Below the pieces are notes generated by a model. It was not told the DNA's origin, did no database searches, and saw only the letters and a program-made list of their open reading frames with translations. A program made the position numbers and the translations under genes. From Octopus sinensis (taxonomy: Eukaryota): a DNA stretch of 64,000 bases. Where the stretch lies: the NCBI RefSeq assembly GCF_006345805.1, contig NC_042998.1, forward strand, positions 179,366,001 to 179,430,000. The letters run 5' to 3'. Position 1 is the stretch's first letter; each line of letters opens with the position of its first letter. Positions 13,424-26,012 of the stretch are shown here, piece after piece.

Positions 13424-13945
13424 ATATATCTATATATATATATATGCACGTATGAATGTGTGTATATAATATTCATACCCACATGTGTGTGTGTGTGTGT
13501 ATGTATGCAAGTATGTATGTGTGTGTGTGTGTATGTATGCAGTATGTATGTGTATATATATATAATATATATATATTATATATATATATTATATATATAT
13601 ATATCCATTTACAAATGCATATACAGCTGGATATACAGACACAGATGCACATACATATTTGTATTTAACATGCAGAAATGCCTATGTCTGTGTGTAAATA
13701 TGGAAACATGAACATATTTAGTATGCATGCACTCACAAACACAAACACACACACACACTCATCTATATACCCATACATTAATATATATTGCACGCTGTAA
13801 AAATTAGTGCTTGAAGAATCTCCATTTCAAATTTCAAGAGTTTTAAATCCATTTCATTGATGATATGATGAAAACATCAAAATTTAAAATTTTCCTTTTT
13901 GACATTTGCAAAACTAATTTCCATTAAGTCATACAATGATAATAG

Positions 13946-13984
<39 letters not shown>

Positions 13985-14830
13985 ATAATGTCTTCAGAGC
14001 TTAGTGTTAGGAATGTTTATTTTGTTTTGATATATTTTTTTTTACCTCAATTTCCCATTTGTAATACAAGAAAATGTTTATTTTCCAAAATCAAAAATAC
14101 ATAAGCATTAGTACACAATTATTTTAGAAGTCATAAAGTAAAGACCTAAATTTTCCATCGAAACTTATCAACTTAGAATGGAAAGCATTCCAGAGTGACC
14201 AGAGTTCCAGTCTAGCAAGTTCTGACGAATTGGAGAATCAGTTTACTTTAGTCACTTTTATTTGGTCTTTTAATCTTTTGCTTATTTCAACCATGTTTTG
14301 GCACTGCCTCGAAGAATCATAATTGAATGAATTGACCCTAATATCTAATTTTATTTTAAGTTTGGCACTTATTCTATGGGTCTCTTTTTGGCAACATAAA
14401 CGCACCAAAACCAGTTGTTAAGCGGTGATAGAGAACAAACACAGATAACAAAGACACACACATACATAGATACACACACATGCATGCACACACACACACA
14501 GATATTGCAAATTACTTGGTGGACCTGCCAGTGCTGGTGTCAGGTATGAAGCATCCAGTCTATACTGTAAAGTGGTTGGCACTTAATAGGGCATCCAGCT
14601 GTAAAAAAAAGCCATGCCCAAAAACTGACCTTGCCTGTGCTGGTGCCATGTAAAATGCACTCAGTCTACTCTGCAGAATGGTTGGTGTTAGATTAAAAGA
14701 CCAAATAAAACTATGCCAAAACAGACAGTGAAGCATGGTGCAGTCTTCTGCATAGCCAGCCGCTGTCAAAATCATCCAACCCATGGCAGCATGGAAAGCA
14801 GATGTTAAATGAAGATCATGATGATGATTA
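11510..14830 (+). repeat. Tandem duplication, two ~1.6-kb copies (about 11510-13105 and 13175-14830) bounded by (TA)n
   Basis: Colinear near-identity, for example 12421 vs 14146 (offset 1725). Identical or near-identical duplicate ORFs at 12835-13059 and 14560-14784 (one residue differs). Confidence 0.92.
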
Positions 14831-14848
14831 TATATATATATATAATAT

Positions 14849-15006
14849 ATAATAATTGATGAAGGAAATGGAAGATAGATTTATCACTAGTCTTTATTCA
14901 GTATGTTGATCATTTCGACCCATCCTTCAACTGTCCGTTATGGGTAGGATATTATGCACGTAATATCCTACTCAATCTATCTTCTGTTTCCTTCACCAAT
15001 TATTAT
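14849..15006. mobile_element. 158-bp MITE-like element with 33-bp terminal inverted repeats
   Basis: ATAATAATTGATGAAGGAAATGGAAGATAGATT vs AATCTATCTTCTGTTTCCTTCACCAATTATTAT (3 mismatches). Internal perfect 10-bp hairpin TAGGATATTA/TAATATCCTA at 14945-14970. Confidence 0.7.
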
Positions 15007-15164
15007 CTCAATTAACACTGTGGAATTCATGACGTAGATCCAGAGGAAATATGTCCAAACTGTGGATGACATTAGGTAGCCCAAACTGAGAACGTGCTTT
15101 AGTCAACACACTAATTGACATATACTCATTAGTCCAAAAAAATTACACACACACACAAATATAT

Positions 15165-15392
15165 TCTTTTAATTTTTTACTTGTTTCAGTCGTTTGACTG
15201 TGGCCATACTGGTGCACCACCTTTAGACGAATTGCCCTGAGGACTTATTCTTTGTAAGCCTAGTACTTATCCTATTGGTCTCTTTTGCCGAACCGCTAAG
15301 TTACGGGGGGGGGGGGCGTAAACACACCAGCATTGGTTGTCAAGCGATGTTGGGGGGCACAAATACAGACACAGACATAAACATATACACAC

Positions 15393-15443
<51 letters not shown>

Positions 15444-15600
15444 TATACGACAGGCTTCTTTCAGTTTCTGTCTATCAAATCCACTTACAAGGCTTTGGTT
15501 TGCCAGAAACTGTAGTAGAAGACACTTGCTCAAGGTGCCATGCAGTGGAACTGAACCTGGAACCATGTGGTTGGTAAGCAAGCTACTTACCACACAGCCA
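15165..15600 (-). mobile_element. tRNA-derived SINE, same family as 8342-8751
   Basis: Colinear similarity to 8342-8751 in both the head and the 3' half. Confidence 0.8.
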
Positions 15601-18165
15601 TTCCTTTTTAAGTGTTTTTGTTAGTTTTATTTTTCCTTCTGTTTGTACTGGCATGTGCAGGGTGGGGGAGGGGGGTCTTTTAAAATTTAATGCTAGGTTT
15701 TTATTTTGCAACACAAGTGTAACTTTGGGTTGATTACCCTTCTGGAATTATAATTTTTCTTTTTCCTGATTATGAAGAAATAACTACTTGGAGCGAGTAG
15801 ATGAGTAAGATTACTGTGCTTACTAAGAATTTAACACATATTACAAGAATGCTGGGAGAAAAGTATTTAACAGAAAAATTATTTTTAACAGCCAACCTTG
15901 TTTCCCAGAATAAAGCATTCAACTGTAAATATGGAAAGAAAACTTTATTTCATTGCTAGGTTGAATGAAATAAAGAGAGTAACTATGCTAAACAATTGAA
16001 TAATGTGCAGCCATCTTGCTTCTCCACGAACTTGTTTTATTAACAGAACTTGTTTAAGATTATTCAAAATGGTTTAATCATCATCATGTTAAGGTCTGCT
16101 TTCCTAAATTGAAATATATTAAATGGAAGAACATCCAGCTGTAGAAACTCTGCCAGATCAAGATTGGAGCCTGGTGCAGCCATCTGGTTCGTCAGCCCTC
16201 AGTCAAAATCGTCCAACCCATGCTAGCATGGAAAGCGTATGTTAAACGATGATGATGATGATAATGATGAATCAATATAAAATCTGTTGTCTCTGTCTTG
16301 TGAGATTTCATCTGTAATGGTTTATTGCCCTTTGTCCCTATCCTAACACACTCTCCAGAAGTTTTTTGATCAACCTTAACAGAAGATACCCCTGCTATGA
16401 AATTCACAACACTTATTCACTAGGTGAAGTATTCAACATTCCAGCATTCATTAGTAGACTCAGGCATGGCTGAGTTGTTAAGAAGCTTGCTTCACAACCA
16501 TAAGATCCAAGTTTCAGTTCCATCATATGGCAAGTTAACCCTGTCATGTTATATTACCACTATATCAGTAACAGGTTAGATGTCGTCTCTGTCGGATTCA
16601 TGGTAAAGCAGTAATGAAAAGCACATATAGAAAAAGAAGCATCTGATTCTGTCCATTAGTTTTCCTGTATATGAGACCATTATTATTTTACTCAGGATCC
16701 TGGATGGGGGGTAAAGTTACATACTGAGGCCCAGGTCTGAGAGGGTTAAGGAGGTCCATTTACAATAGCTTCAGATTGACTCAAGCCTTGTGAATGAATT
16801 AAGGTGGACAGAAACAATTTAGAAACCTGATGGGTAAACTGCACTCTTATTTAAAGGTTCAACTTCACCATACTTTGTGCATTTATCAGCAAAATGCTCA
16901 ACCACATTGCATGCTAACTCAGTAAGTAGGTTGTTCAGTTGACCAAACAGCTGGGTGCTTGTATGCAGAAACTGTAAAGGGTCTATCAGTCAATGTATTT
17001 GAGTTCCAGGAACTTTCTAATGCATTTGTACTGAACCTTCCTGAAAAGTTAACATAGACACATACAATGGATTTTATTCAGTTTATTCATCATCATCCAC
17101 TCACTGTATATCTTCTGTATTCACTGAACTTGTTTTAGAACAATACTACATCAGATATTTTATATTTGTGTAACATATTCTGCGTTATCTGCATAAAAAA
17201 AGCAATGCTTTGTTGCTAATTGTAGTAAAACTCACTAAGCTTTTATCTTGAATTCATTCAAATTGTGGCTCGAATTATCTGAGCTGGGTATCAGAACTTC
17301 CAATTGTCAATCCAAGCAAAAGCCATCTCAAAAACACCAGATCTCACTTCAAGGATAATAATTAAGATTTTATTGATAATCTGATTTACAAATACAAGCG
17401 ATTGAAATATCTCTTTACTGTGAGAAAGATTGTTTGTGTGTAACTAATGATAACACTTGAGTGACAACAATCAAGAAGTTCACAGCCTGTGATTTGTCAC
17501 TATCATGCCAAGTTATGTCCACAAGCAACATAATTTAACTTTCTGTGTGTTGGCCAATGTAGCCCAAAGTCAGTATCACAGGATGGTATCCTTCATAGCT
17601 GTAAACAACAGCTGCCCAGTCAAATAGATAATTGATTTTTAGTGCTGAATTCACACCTTTTTTCAGTAAAAAGTTATCATTGAGAAACTACCATCTTATC
17701 CTAGTGGAAATTTATGAGAGACTACCATCTTATCCTAATGAAAATTTGCTTTTCATTTCTGTAACAACGCAGAAATTAGAGATATGTAGCAGTTCTATTA
17801 GTTGCAATGGGCCATTAAATAGCAGCAATTAAATAATGTTTCACTTCAAAACTAATATCATTCGTATATTGAAGCAATTTGTTACATAAAACGTATCCTT
17901 TTACGACAGCAGCCAGACTAGGGAATCACGAATAACTAGATTATCTGGATTTGGTCTATGAATTCGAGATTTGATTTTTTTTTTGCTTTTAATTTATAAT
18001 GCTTTTTTCATTCAAAGATATTTTTACTCAGTTTTTATTAAGTTTTCTTTATTTATGATATGAAAAACAAATTTTCTCATATTTTTTAGATACAAATATA
18101 TTTCTTCCTTTTCTTTTTCTCACTTAATTATAAAATAAATGATGAATGACATAGCAAACACTTAC

Positions 18166-18414
18166 CATCCATAATATCTGGTTCAATAAACACTACAGTG
18201 GTAGTGAAGTTTCCCAGATGTCCTCCTTGTGGTTGAGAAAGGCTCACATTAAACTGTTCTTCAGTCTCAAATAATGAATCATCAATTATTAACACCGTAC
18301 ATATTTTCTTGCTTTCATCCTTCTCAAAACGGATGATGCTACTACTATGCATAGGTCGTGTGATGTAGTCAGAGAATGAACTAAGAACATTTACAGGACT
18401 GCCAGCTGCAGTTT
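18166..18414 (-). CDS. FREM2: FREM2/ECM3-like exon, Calx-beta 2 C-half (249 nt)
   Basis: Acceptor ttttatttttcag|AA, donor GAT G|GTAAGT. Translation (E)TAAGSPVNVLSSFSDYITRPMHSSSIIRFEKDESKKICTVLIIDDSLFETEEQFNVSLSQPQGGHLGNFTTTVVFIEPDIMD. The SDYIxRP and IIDDSLxExEExF motifs are typical of FREM2/FREM3/ECM3. Confidence 0.96.
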
Positions 18415-18747
18415 CTGAAAAATAAAAGAAAGAAGGTAAAAAGAAGTATTAAAAAGTATTCATTAAAATTTTTTGAATGATTAATTGAGGATTCAACGGC
18501 AAAACTTTTCATTATTCTTTATGTAACTGAATCTATGTTTAGTTTATATATAAATACATACATACATACATACATATATATATATATGTATATATAGCAA
18601 ATATGAAAATGGAGGAGAACAATAGTTGGTCCATCTTGTGTATTCCTAATACACTTGTGTATTTATAAATTGGGTATTCTACCAACAGTATATTGGATAG
18701 ATATTATCCCTTAGTGGGTTGGATTCACAACCCCTAACTTTCTTGGA

Positions 18748-18791
<44 letters not shown>

Positions 18792-18849
18792 ACATGCATG
18801 TATGTACATATATATGTGTGTGTGTGTATATATATATAATGTATGTATG

Positions 18850-18914
<65 letters not shown>

Positions 18915-19751
18915 TATGTATATATATAAATATATGTACATATATATGTATATATGTGTATATATAAACACACACACATACATACATACATATGTATATA
19001 TGTGTATATATAAACACACACACATACATACATACATACATATGTACATAAATGTATATATATATATGTATCTATGTACATATGTACCTATTTATCTATC
19101 TGTGTGTGTATGTACGTGTGACAAAACTAAATAGAATAACATAAAACAGTTTGCCCCCAAATTAACCATTTTGTAAGAAAGTTGTCAAAACATGCGATGT
19201 CATAACAAATATATACTTGAGAAAATGAAAGAGATTCTACATGACTGGCAATATCCCCTTCAGATTACACCCTAATGGTTTAGAAAAGGAAACAAAGCAG
19301 AACAATGTGGTCATGGATGGAATAGCTGATCATAGGTCTCTTGGATCAGGCTTGATCAGGAAGGTGGGGGTGGCTAAATGACTGGAACAACAAGAATGTT
19401 GTAAATGTAAAACGTACTTTAGGCAAGATAGTAATCATACAACACACTAGCAGAGAGGAGTTAGTGTACATGATATATAAGAAACCGAGGGAAAATATGC
19501 CATAATTGTCATAAGTCAAAAAGATATGTTTCTACAAATGTGCTGTGTTACATACGTATGTGTATATATATATGTAAATATATATATATATATATATAAG
19601 TGTGTAAATATATATATATATAAATATATATGAATATATAAATATATGTATATATAAATATATATATGTAAATATACATACATATATATATAAGTAAATA
19701 TACATATATATTATATAAGTAAATATATATTTTGTATTTATATATACATAC

Positions 19752-19820
<69 letters not shown>

Positions 19821-20270
19821 CCTGTACACATATGTATGTAATACAGTACGCTTGTAGAGACATATCTTACTGACAATCTGCTCATTTTCTCATTTACTCA
19901 ATTAATCACCTGTTCCTATATGATTATATGCTTCCACACCCTCGTTCTTGTAATTACCAACTCTATATATTTGATACTCTGTACTACTGATATATGTGTA
20001 CGCATGCATCCAATACATTGGAATAAATAGACATACTGGAATGTTTACTGGCTGATGTCTGTCCATTTTGTATCCTCTCCACTTACATATTTGCCGTATA
20101 AATCAAAGGTAAACCACTTTTTATCTCCGCCTATATATAACACTTAGTTGCAAGATTGCCATGCAATAATGAGCACTTGGGTGTGAAAAATTGGGTACAC
20201 TACTAGCAGTATATTGGATGAGTACTATCACTTAGTTGGCTTCTCAACCTCTAACTCACACAGATATAAA

Positions 20271-20315
<45 letters not shown>

Positions 20316-20606
20316 CGTTGGGTGATATGATAGGCTTTAGGAGTCCTGTTGAGTTAGGTAAGACCAAAATCATAGCTGTGGCCAATGTCTCCTGACTGGC
20401 TCCCATTCCGGTGGCATGTAAAATACATCATTCAAACATGGTCGATGTCAGTGTCCCCTGGCTGGCTTCTGTTCTGGTGGCATGTAAGAAGCACCATCTG
20501 AACATGGCCCACCTCATCCCATGTATTCCTGGGTCTCCCTCTACCATGGGTTCCTTCCACTGTTAGGGCTCCATGGGTTCCTTCCACTGTGTGTTTGTGT
20601 GTCTGT

Positions 20607-20888
20607 GGAGGTGCAATGGCCTAGTGGCTAGGGCAGCAGACTCATGGTTGTAGGATTGTGGTTTTGATTCCCAGACCGGGCATTGTGTGTGTATATTGAG
20701 TGAAAACACCTAAAGCAGGGGGTGGTGGCAATCCCTGCTGTACTCTTTCACCACAACTTTTTCTCACTATTTCTTATGTTGGCCTGCTCACTTAGCCAGC
20801 GGGGTAGCGTCATTTGAAGGCTAAAACAATGCGAAGCGCATTGTGACCAGCGATGTGTAGCAACATCTGATAGCCTGGTCAGTCACGG
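20607..20888 (+). mobile_element. tRNA-derived SINE, different family
   Basis: GGAGGTGCAATGGCCTAGTGGCTAGGGCAGCAGAC (A box TGGCCTAGTGG) ... GGTTTTGATTCCC (decayed B box). Ends in a (TA)n tract. Confidence 0.75.
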
Positions 20889-20889
20889 T

Positions 20890-20924
<35 letters not shown>

Positions 20925-21974
20925 CTATCTATATATATGGTTATATAACATTATATATATATATAAAACTGAAGGTTATATAACAATATATGTATATATG
21001 TATATATATATATGAATACGTGTGTGATTTTGTGTTTGTCCCTCATGACTACTTGACAACCAGTGCTGGTTTGTTTCTGTCCCTGTAACTTAGTGGTTCA
21101 GGAAATGAAACCAATAGAATCTGTACCAGACTTAAGAATATAAGTACTGGGGTAGATTCATCTGACTAAACCCTTCAAGATGATGCTCCAGCATGACTGC
21201 GATCCAGTGATTGACACAAGTAAAAGATAAAAAAATAAACAGTATCTTAGAGCATGTTATTCCACCTTTGTTTCTGCTTTTAAGTCAGTATGGTTTAATT
21301 TGAGGGAGATTTGACTGCTATTTCTAGCACCCAGTATGTTTCAGTACCATACTTTTTGTATGATCAGATGAAAGAATTATCATAATGCAACACTCAACTT
21401 GCGATATTTTGAATATCAATATTAATAAATTATTCATAATATAAACTATGGTTAGCATTAAATAAATAAACATGTTATTTATAAACAAACACTCTTGTAC
21501 AATATTCTGAAATTACACATTCATATAAATAAATCGATAGAAAAATAAGTAAATAGATAAATAAATAAAAAGATGAATAAAGTGAAAGTTAAAAAGAATT
21601 ACAAGGATATTAGCCATTTTGTATTTTAAAAAATTTATACGCTTTTTTTAATTCCAGCTTCTCCGCTAAGAGTCGGTCTCGTAATGTCAGGAAGACACGG
21701 AGAAGAAAAAATGTAAACTGAAGATTATATAACATTAAATAAACCATGTCATTGCAATGACACATTATATCTTTCATTGAGAAACTTATGTACTCATCGG
21801 TAGATTTACTGTCTGCAGTTGCAGTATGCAGCTGCAAGGTGCAGTCTGGAATGGAACATGCATGTTGAAACTAAATGACCTGTTATTCTAGTTTAAAGTG
21901 ACCTGCCGCTGTTTATATGGTCACCCTGCTCTAGTTACAATTGAAAGGTCAGTTAAATGTCTAATTTTGATATT

Positions 21975-22137
21975 TATCTGTGTGTGTATGTGTGTGTTTG
22001 AATCCATGTGTGTTTGAGTGTGTATGTGTGTGTGCTTGTGTGTGAATACATGTGTGTTTGTGTGTGAATGCAAGTGTGTTTGAGCACATGCATGTGTGTG
22101 TGTGTGTTTGAATCCATGTGTGTTTGAGTGTGTATGT

Positions 22138-22176
<39 letters not shown>

Positions 22177-23180
22177 TGTGTGTGAATACTGTGTGTTTGT
22201 GTGTGAATGCAAGTGTGTTTGAGCGCATGCATGTGTGTGAATATGTGTGTGTTTGTGTGTGAATGCAAGTGTGTTTGAGCGCATGCATGTATGTGAATAT
22301 GTGTGCGTATGTGTGTGTTTGTGTGTGAATGCATGTGTGTTTGAGTGCATGCATGCATGTGGGCATATGTGTGTTTGTGTGTGAATGCTAGTGTGTTTGT
22401 GCGCATGCATGTGGACATATGTGTGCTTGTGTGTCAATGCAAGTTTGTTTGAGCACATGCATGTATGTGAATATGTGTGCGTATGTGTGTGTTTGTGTGT
22501 GAATGCATGTGTGTCTGAGTGCATGCATGTGAGGGAACATGTTTGTATGTGTATGTGTATGTGTGTGTTTGTGTGTGAATACATGTGTGTTTGAGTGCGT
22601 GCATGTTGTGTGGTCATATGTGTGTTTGTGTGTGAATGCTAGTGTTTGAGTGCATGCATGTATGTGAACATGTGTGTGTGTGTGTGTGAGTGCATATATG
22701 TGTATGTATGTGAACATGTGTGTGTGTAAACGTGTGTGTGTGTGTGTGTACTTCATTGTAATAAGTCTATGTTAGTATAAGTCTAGATGTTTATGTGAGT
22801 GTATGCATGTATGCACGTTTGTGTGCATATGTGTGGATGTTTATGTGTGTATATGCATGCATCCATAAATGTATATGCACATATGTGCACATGTCGGAGC
22901 AAGTGTGTAGATACATATGTGTAGATGTATATGTGTATTTGTGTATATGTGTGCATATGCTTTATGTATATATGTACAAATGTGTGCATCTTAGCTTGGG
23001 TGTAGATGTGCATGCATGTGCACTTACATACACTTGGGCTAGAGCATGCCTATGTAAACACGTGTGCGTGTGTATCGAATGTACAGATGTGTGCATGAGG
23101 TGCATGCAGATATGCATGTATGTGCAGACGTTTGTGTGCATGCATGTTTGTGTGTGTAAATGTGTGACGTGTGTGTATAC
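21975..23180. repeat. Compound (TG)n-derived minisatellite with recurring ~50-60-bp higher-order units
   Basis: Recurring words such as GTGTGTTTGTGTGTGAATGCAAGTGTGTTTGAGC and GCATGCATGTATGTGAATATG. Confidence 0.85.
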
Positions 23181-23198
23181 AGTAAATTAACTCCTTAC

Positions 23199-23324
23199 CT
23201 TGAACAGTATGACAGATAACAGATAATGGCTCAGACAAGTCTCCTGTTCTGTAAACAGGAATGTCTAACTTGCTTTCCTTTTCTGTTACACGATATTCTT
23301 TCTCAGGAATGAAGACATTCGATT
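23199..23324 (-). CDS. FREM2: FREM2/ECM3-like exon, Calx-beta 2 N-half (126 nt)
   Basis: Acceptor gtattgcag|AA, donor CAA G|GTAAGG. Translation (E)SNVFIPEKEYRVTEKESKLDIPVYRTGDLSEPLSVICHTVQ. Confidence 0.95.
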
Positions 23325-25017
23325 CTGCAATACATTCACAATACACACCATTATAGCATTTCATAAACAGAAAATTCAAATTAAAAATATCACCACCACC
23401 TTCTGCCTTTTTCAGCTGGGCACACCAGACATATATCTCCCTACAGCAAAACGCCTATTCCTGAAATAAAGCCACCCTGCTCAATACTATTCCTCTCTCA
23501 GTTGAGGTGGTCTTGTCTTATGAGTTATTTGATGGCCTCAATAGCACTGGTGCCATGTAAAAAAAAGCACTCAATAGACTTCATAAAGTGGTTGGTGTTA
23601 GGAAGGACATCCAAATGTAGAACCCATGCCAAAACAGGTATTGGAGTTTGGTGTAGTCCTCTGGTTCATCAGCTCCTGTTGAAACTATTCCCCAGAATGG
23701 AAAACACAAAAGGCTGGAACAAATACTGCAAGACCTCTTATCAGACAACTGTGACAACGGCATCTTCCAATACCCAGTATTGGTGCATTTTTCACCGACC
23801 CCAAAAGGATCAAAGGTAAAATTGACCTCAGTGAGATTTGAACTCAGGTTGTAAATAGAGAGTTATATCAAGGCATTTTGTAGCATGTGCTGGCTGAAGT
23901 AATACAAGCGTAGCTTTTTGTCAGAGGGTAAGGGCCCAGAACGCTCCTGGTGATACTTTTAAGCTTTGAACCCTAGAATTTGAGGGAAATTCAAGGGCTA
24001 CTCTGGTTGGCACAAACTCTATCTATGCTTCTGCTGCCTGTTCTTTGGGTGTTGCTTTGTAAACCCTAGAATGGTTTACAAAGAGTATAGATACTCTTCT
24101 TTCAATTTTGACAAAATACAAAAATGCACTTATCATCTTTATGCACAAAGGTAACTATTTAACTGTAAGGGAACAACCATATAGATCAACTAAATTAGAG
24201 ACAAAGAGGCCAACACGTTTTGCCCTTTTTTAATGAGTAAAATGAGAGGCCTAGTTTAAAGAAATATAATGTAATAGATGGCAGAAAAACTTTAAAATAA
24301 TTCCATTGCGCTTGAGATATTTTTACAGTGGTTATAAGCAAGGTGGGCAAGATACATCAGGATGGAAATGGGCTTGGTGGGGTTTACTGTTGTCAGACAT
24401 AGCACTGCTAGCCTTTTTCTTTTTTTTTTTAGTATTTAATCCAAATCCATCTCACATTTACTGTGGGCATATATTCTAAATATTGGTTTAAAATTTTGGC
24501 ACAAGGCCAGCAATTTTATGGGAGTGGATAAGTTGATTACATTGATCCCAGTGCTCAACTGGTACTTATTTTATTGACCCCGAAAGGATAAAAGGCAAAA
24601 TCATTCTCAGCAGAATTTGAACTCGGAACATACAAATGCTGCTAAGCATTTTGCCTGACATGGTAGCAATTCTGCAAGCTCACTGCCTTAAATATGATCC
24701 GAATATTAGAAGTGAGAACATGTAGGTCTCGTTTTTAAAGATTTGGTAGTTTGTTGACATAGATTTGGGTGTTACTTTGAGCAAGTTAAGTAACTATATG
24801 GGAAACATATACTTGTCAGTTCTGGGATGTAAATAATGGATGTTATATTTGTGGTGATGATTCTGATGATGATGATGATGATGGTCGTTGGGGTGGCAAT
24901 GAATGTGATCAGGAGGGTGATGATTATGGTGCATTTATCCAATTACAAAAATGTTTAAAGATTCAGAAAAAAAAAACAATAAGAAAAAATTTCAAATAGT
25001 ATTTAGTGAAAGCTTAC

Positions 25018-25167
25018 CATCTTCAATGTCAACTATCACAACTGTGGCCTGCAATGGTTCCTCAACAATAGCCATAACAGGGTCACTGAGCTTCAGGTAA
25101 AACTTCTCATTGTTTTCAAATTTGTTATCATCAATGATATGGATCTGCCATGTATTTTCAGTTTGTC
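25018..25167 (-). CDS. FREM2: FREM2/ECM3-like exon, Calx-beta 1 C-half (150 nt)
   Basis: Acceptor tttttttattcaag|GA, donor GAT G|GTAAGC. Translation (G)QTENTWQIHIIDDNKFENNEKFYLKLSDPVMAIVEEPLQATVVIVDIED contains the IxDDxxxExxExF Calx-beta motif. Confidence 0.95.
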
Positions 25168-25722
25168 CTTGAATAAAAAAAAAAAACACAGTCAAAGTAA
25201 ATTACAAATAAGTATTACCCTCAATTCTTTGAGTGGATCAACTACATACATATATGTTAATTTTTCAAGTAATAGGTAGTGCAGTTTTGGAATTTTGGCT
25301 TGTATGACATAATCAAACTCTCTGATTATGCTGAGCAAAATGAAACTTTGTAGTCACAACTAAATTTTCCTTTGTAGAAATAAATATCCATGTAACTTAT
25401 CTAAAAGTATTAATCCCTCAGCTTAACCCTTTAGAATTCAGATTACTCTATCAAATTTAATGCTTATTTATTCACATTGTTTTGAATTAATCATACATTA
25501 TCTCATAACTTCAAGATTTCAATGCTGTGGTTGTTCACTTTCAGAATGACATTGTAGGATACACACGAGAAGCTGGAGCCGGTCAGTTTGATAATAAAAC
25601 TGGCAGAATATTTTGGGCCCGATATGACCTGTTTGAATGTGAATGGGTTAATGATTATGCAACATCACATAAAATCCAGTGCTTATATGTATATATATAT
25701 ATATATAATATATATATATATA

Positions 25723-26012
25723 CAGTAATACTTGGCCATATCACGGTTCACCTATCATGGTTTATTATTTAAGCTTACATCAATTCTTCTGTGGTGCTGT
25801 TTTGCATTTATAATACAATGAATATATACAAATTATAAAAATAATAAAATAAAATATACAGTAGTGGTGGTGCCCCAGCATGGCCGCAGAATTCGGGCTG
25901 AAACATTTTTAAGGATTTAAGGATTTAGTACAGTATTATTTCTACTTTGTAGATTTTCACCTATCGCAGAGGATTTTGGAATGTATCATCCAAGATAGTC
26001 GAGGGATTACTG
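25723..26012. mobile_element. pogo/Tigger-like MITE in (TA)n, with a SINE 3' fragment inside
   Basis: TA|CAGTAATACTTGGCCATATC ... GATAGTCGAGGGATTACTG|TA imperfect TIRs. SINE tail GGTGCCCCAGCATGGCCGCAG at about 25868-25890. Confidence 0.6.

Noticed and set aside
17682-17750. 34-bp tandem duplication; also short direct repeats at about 20542-20590 and 36555/36625
   Set aside because: Ordinary local slippage duplications with no evident function.
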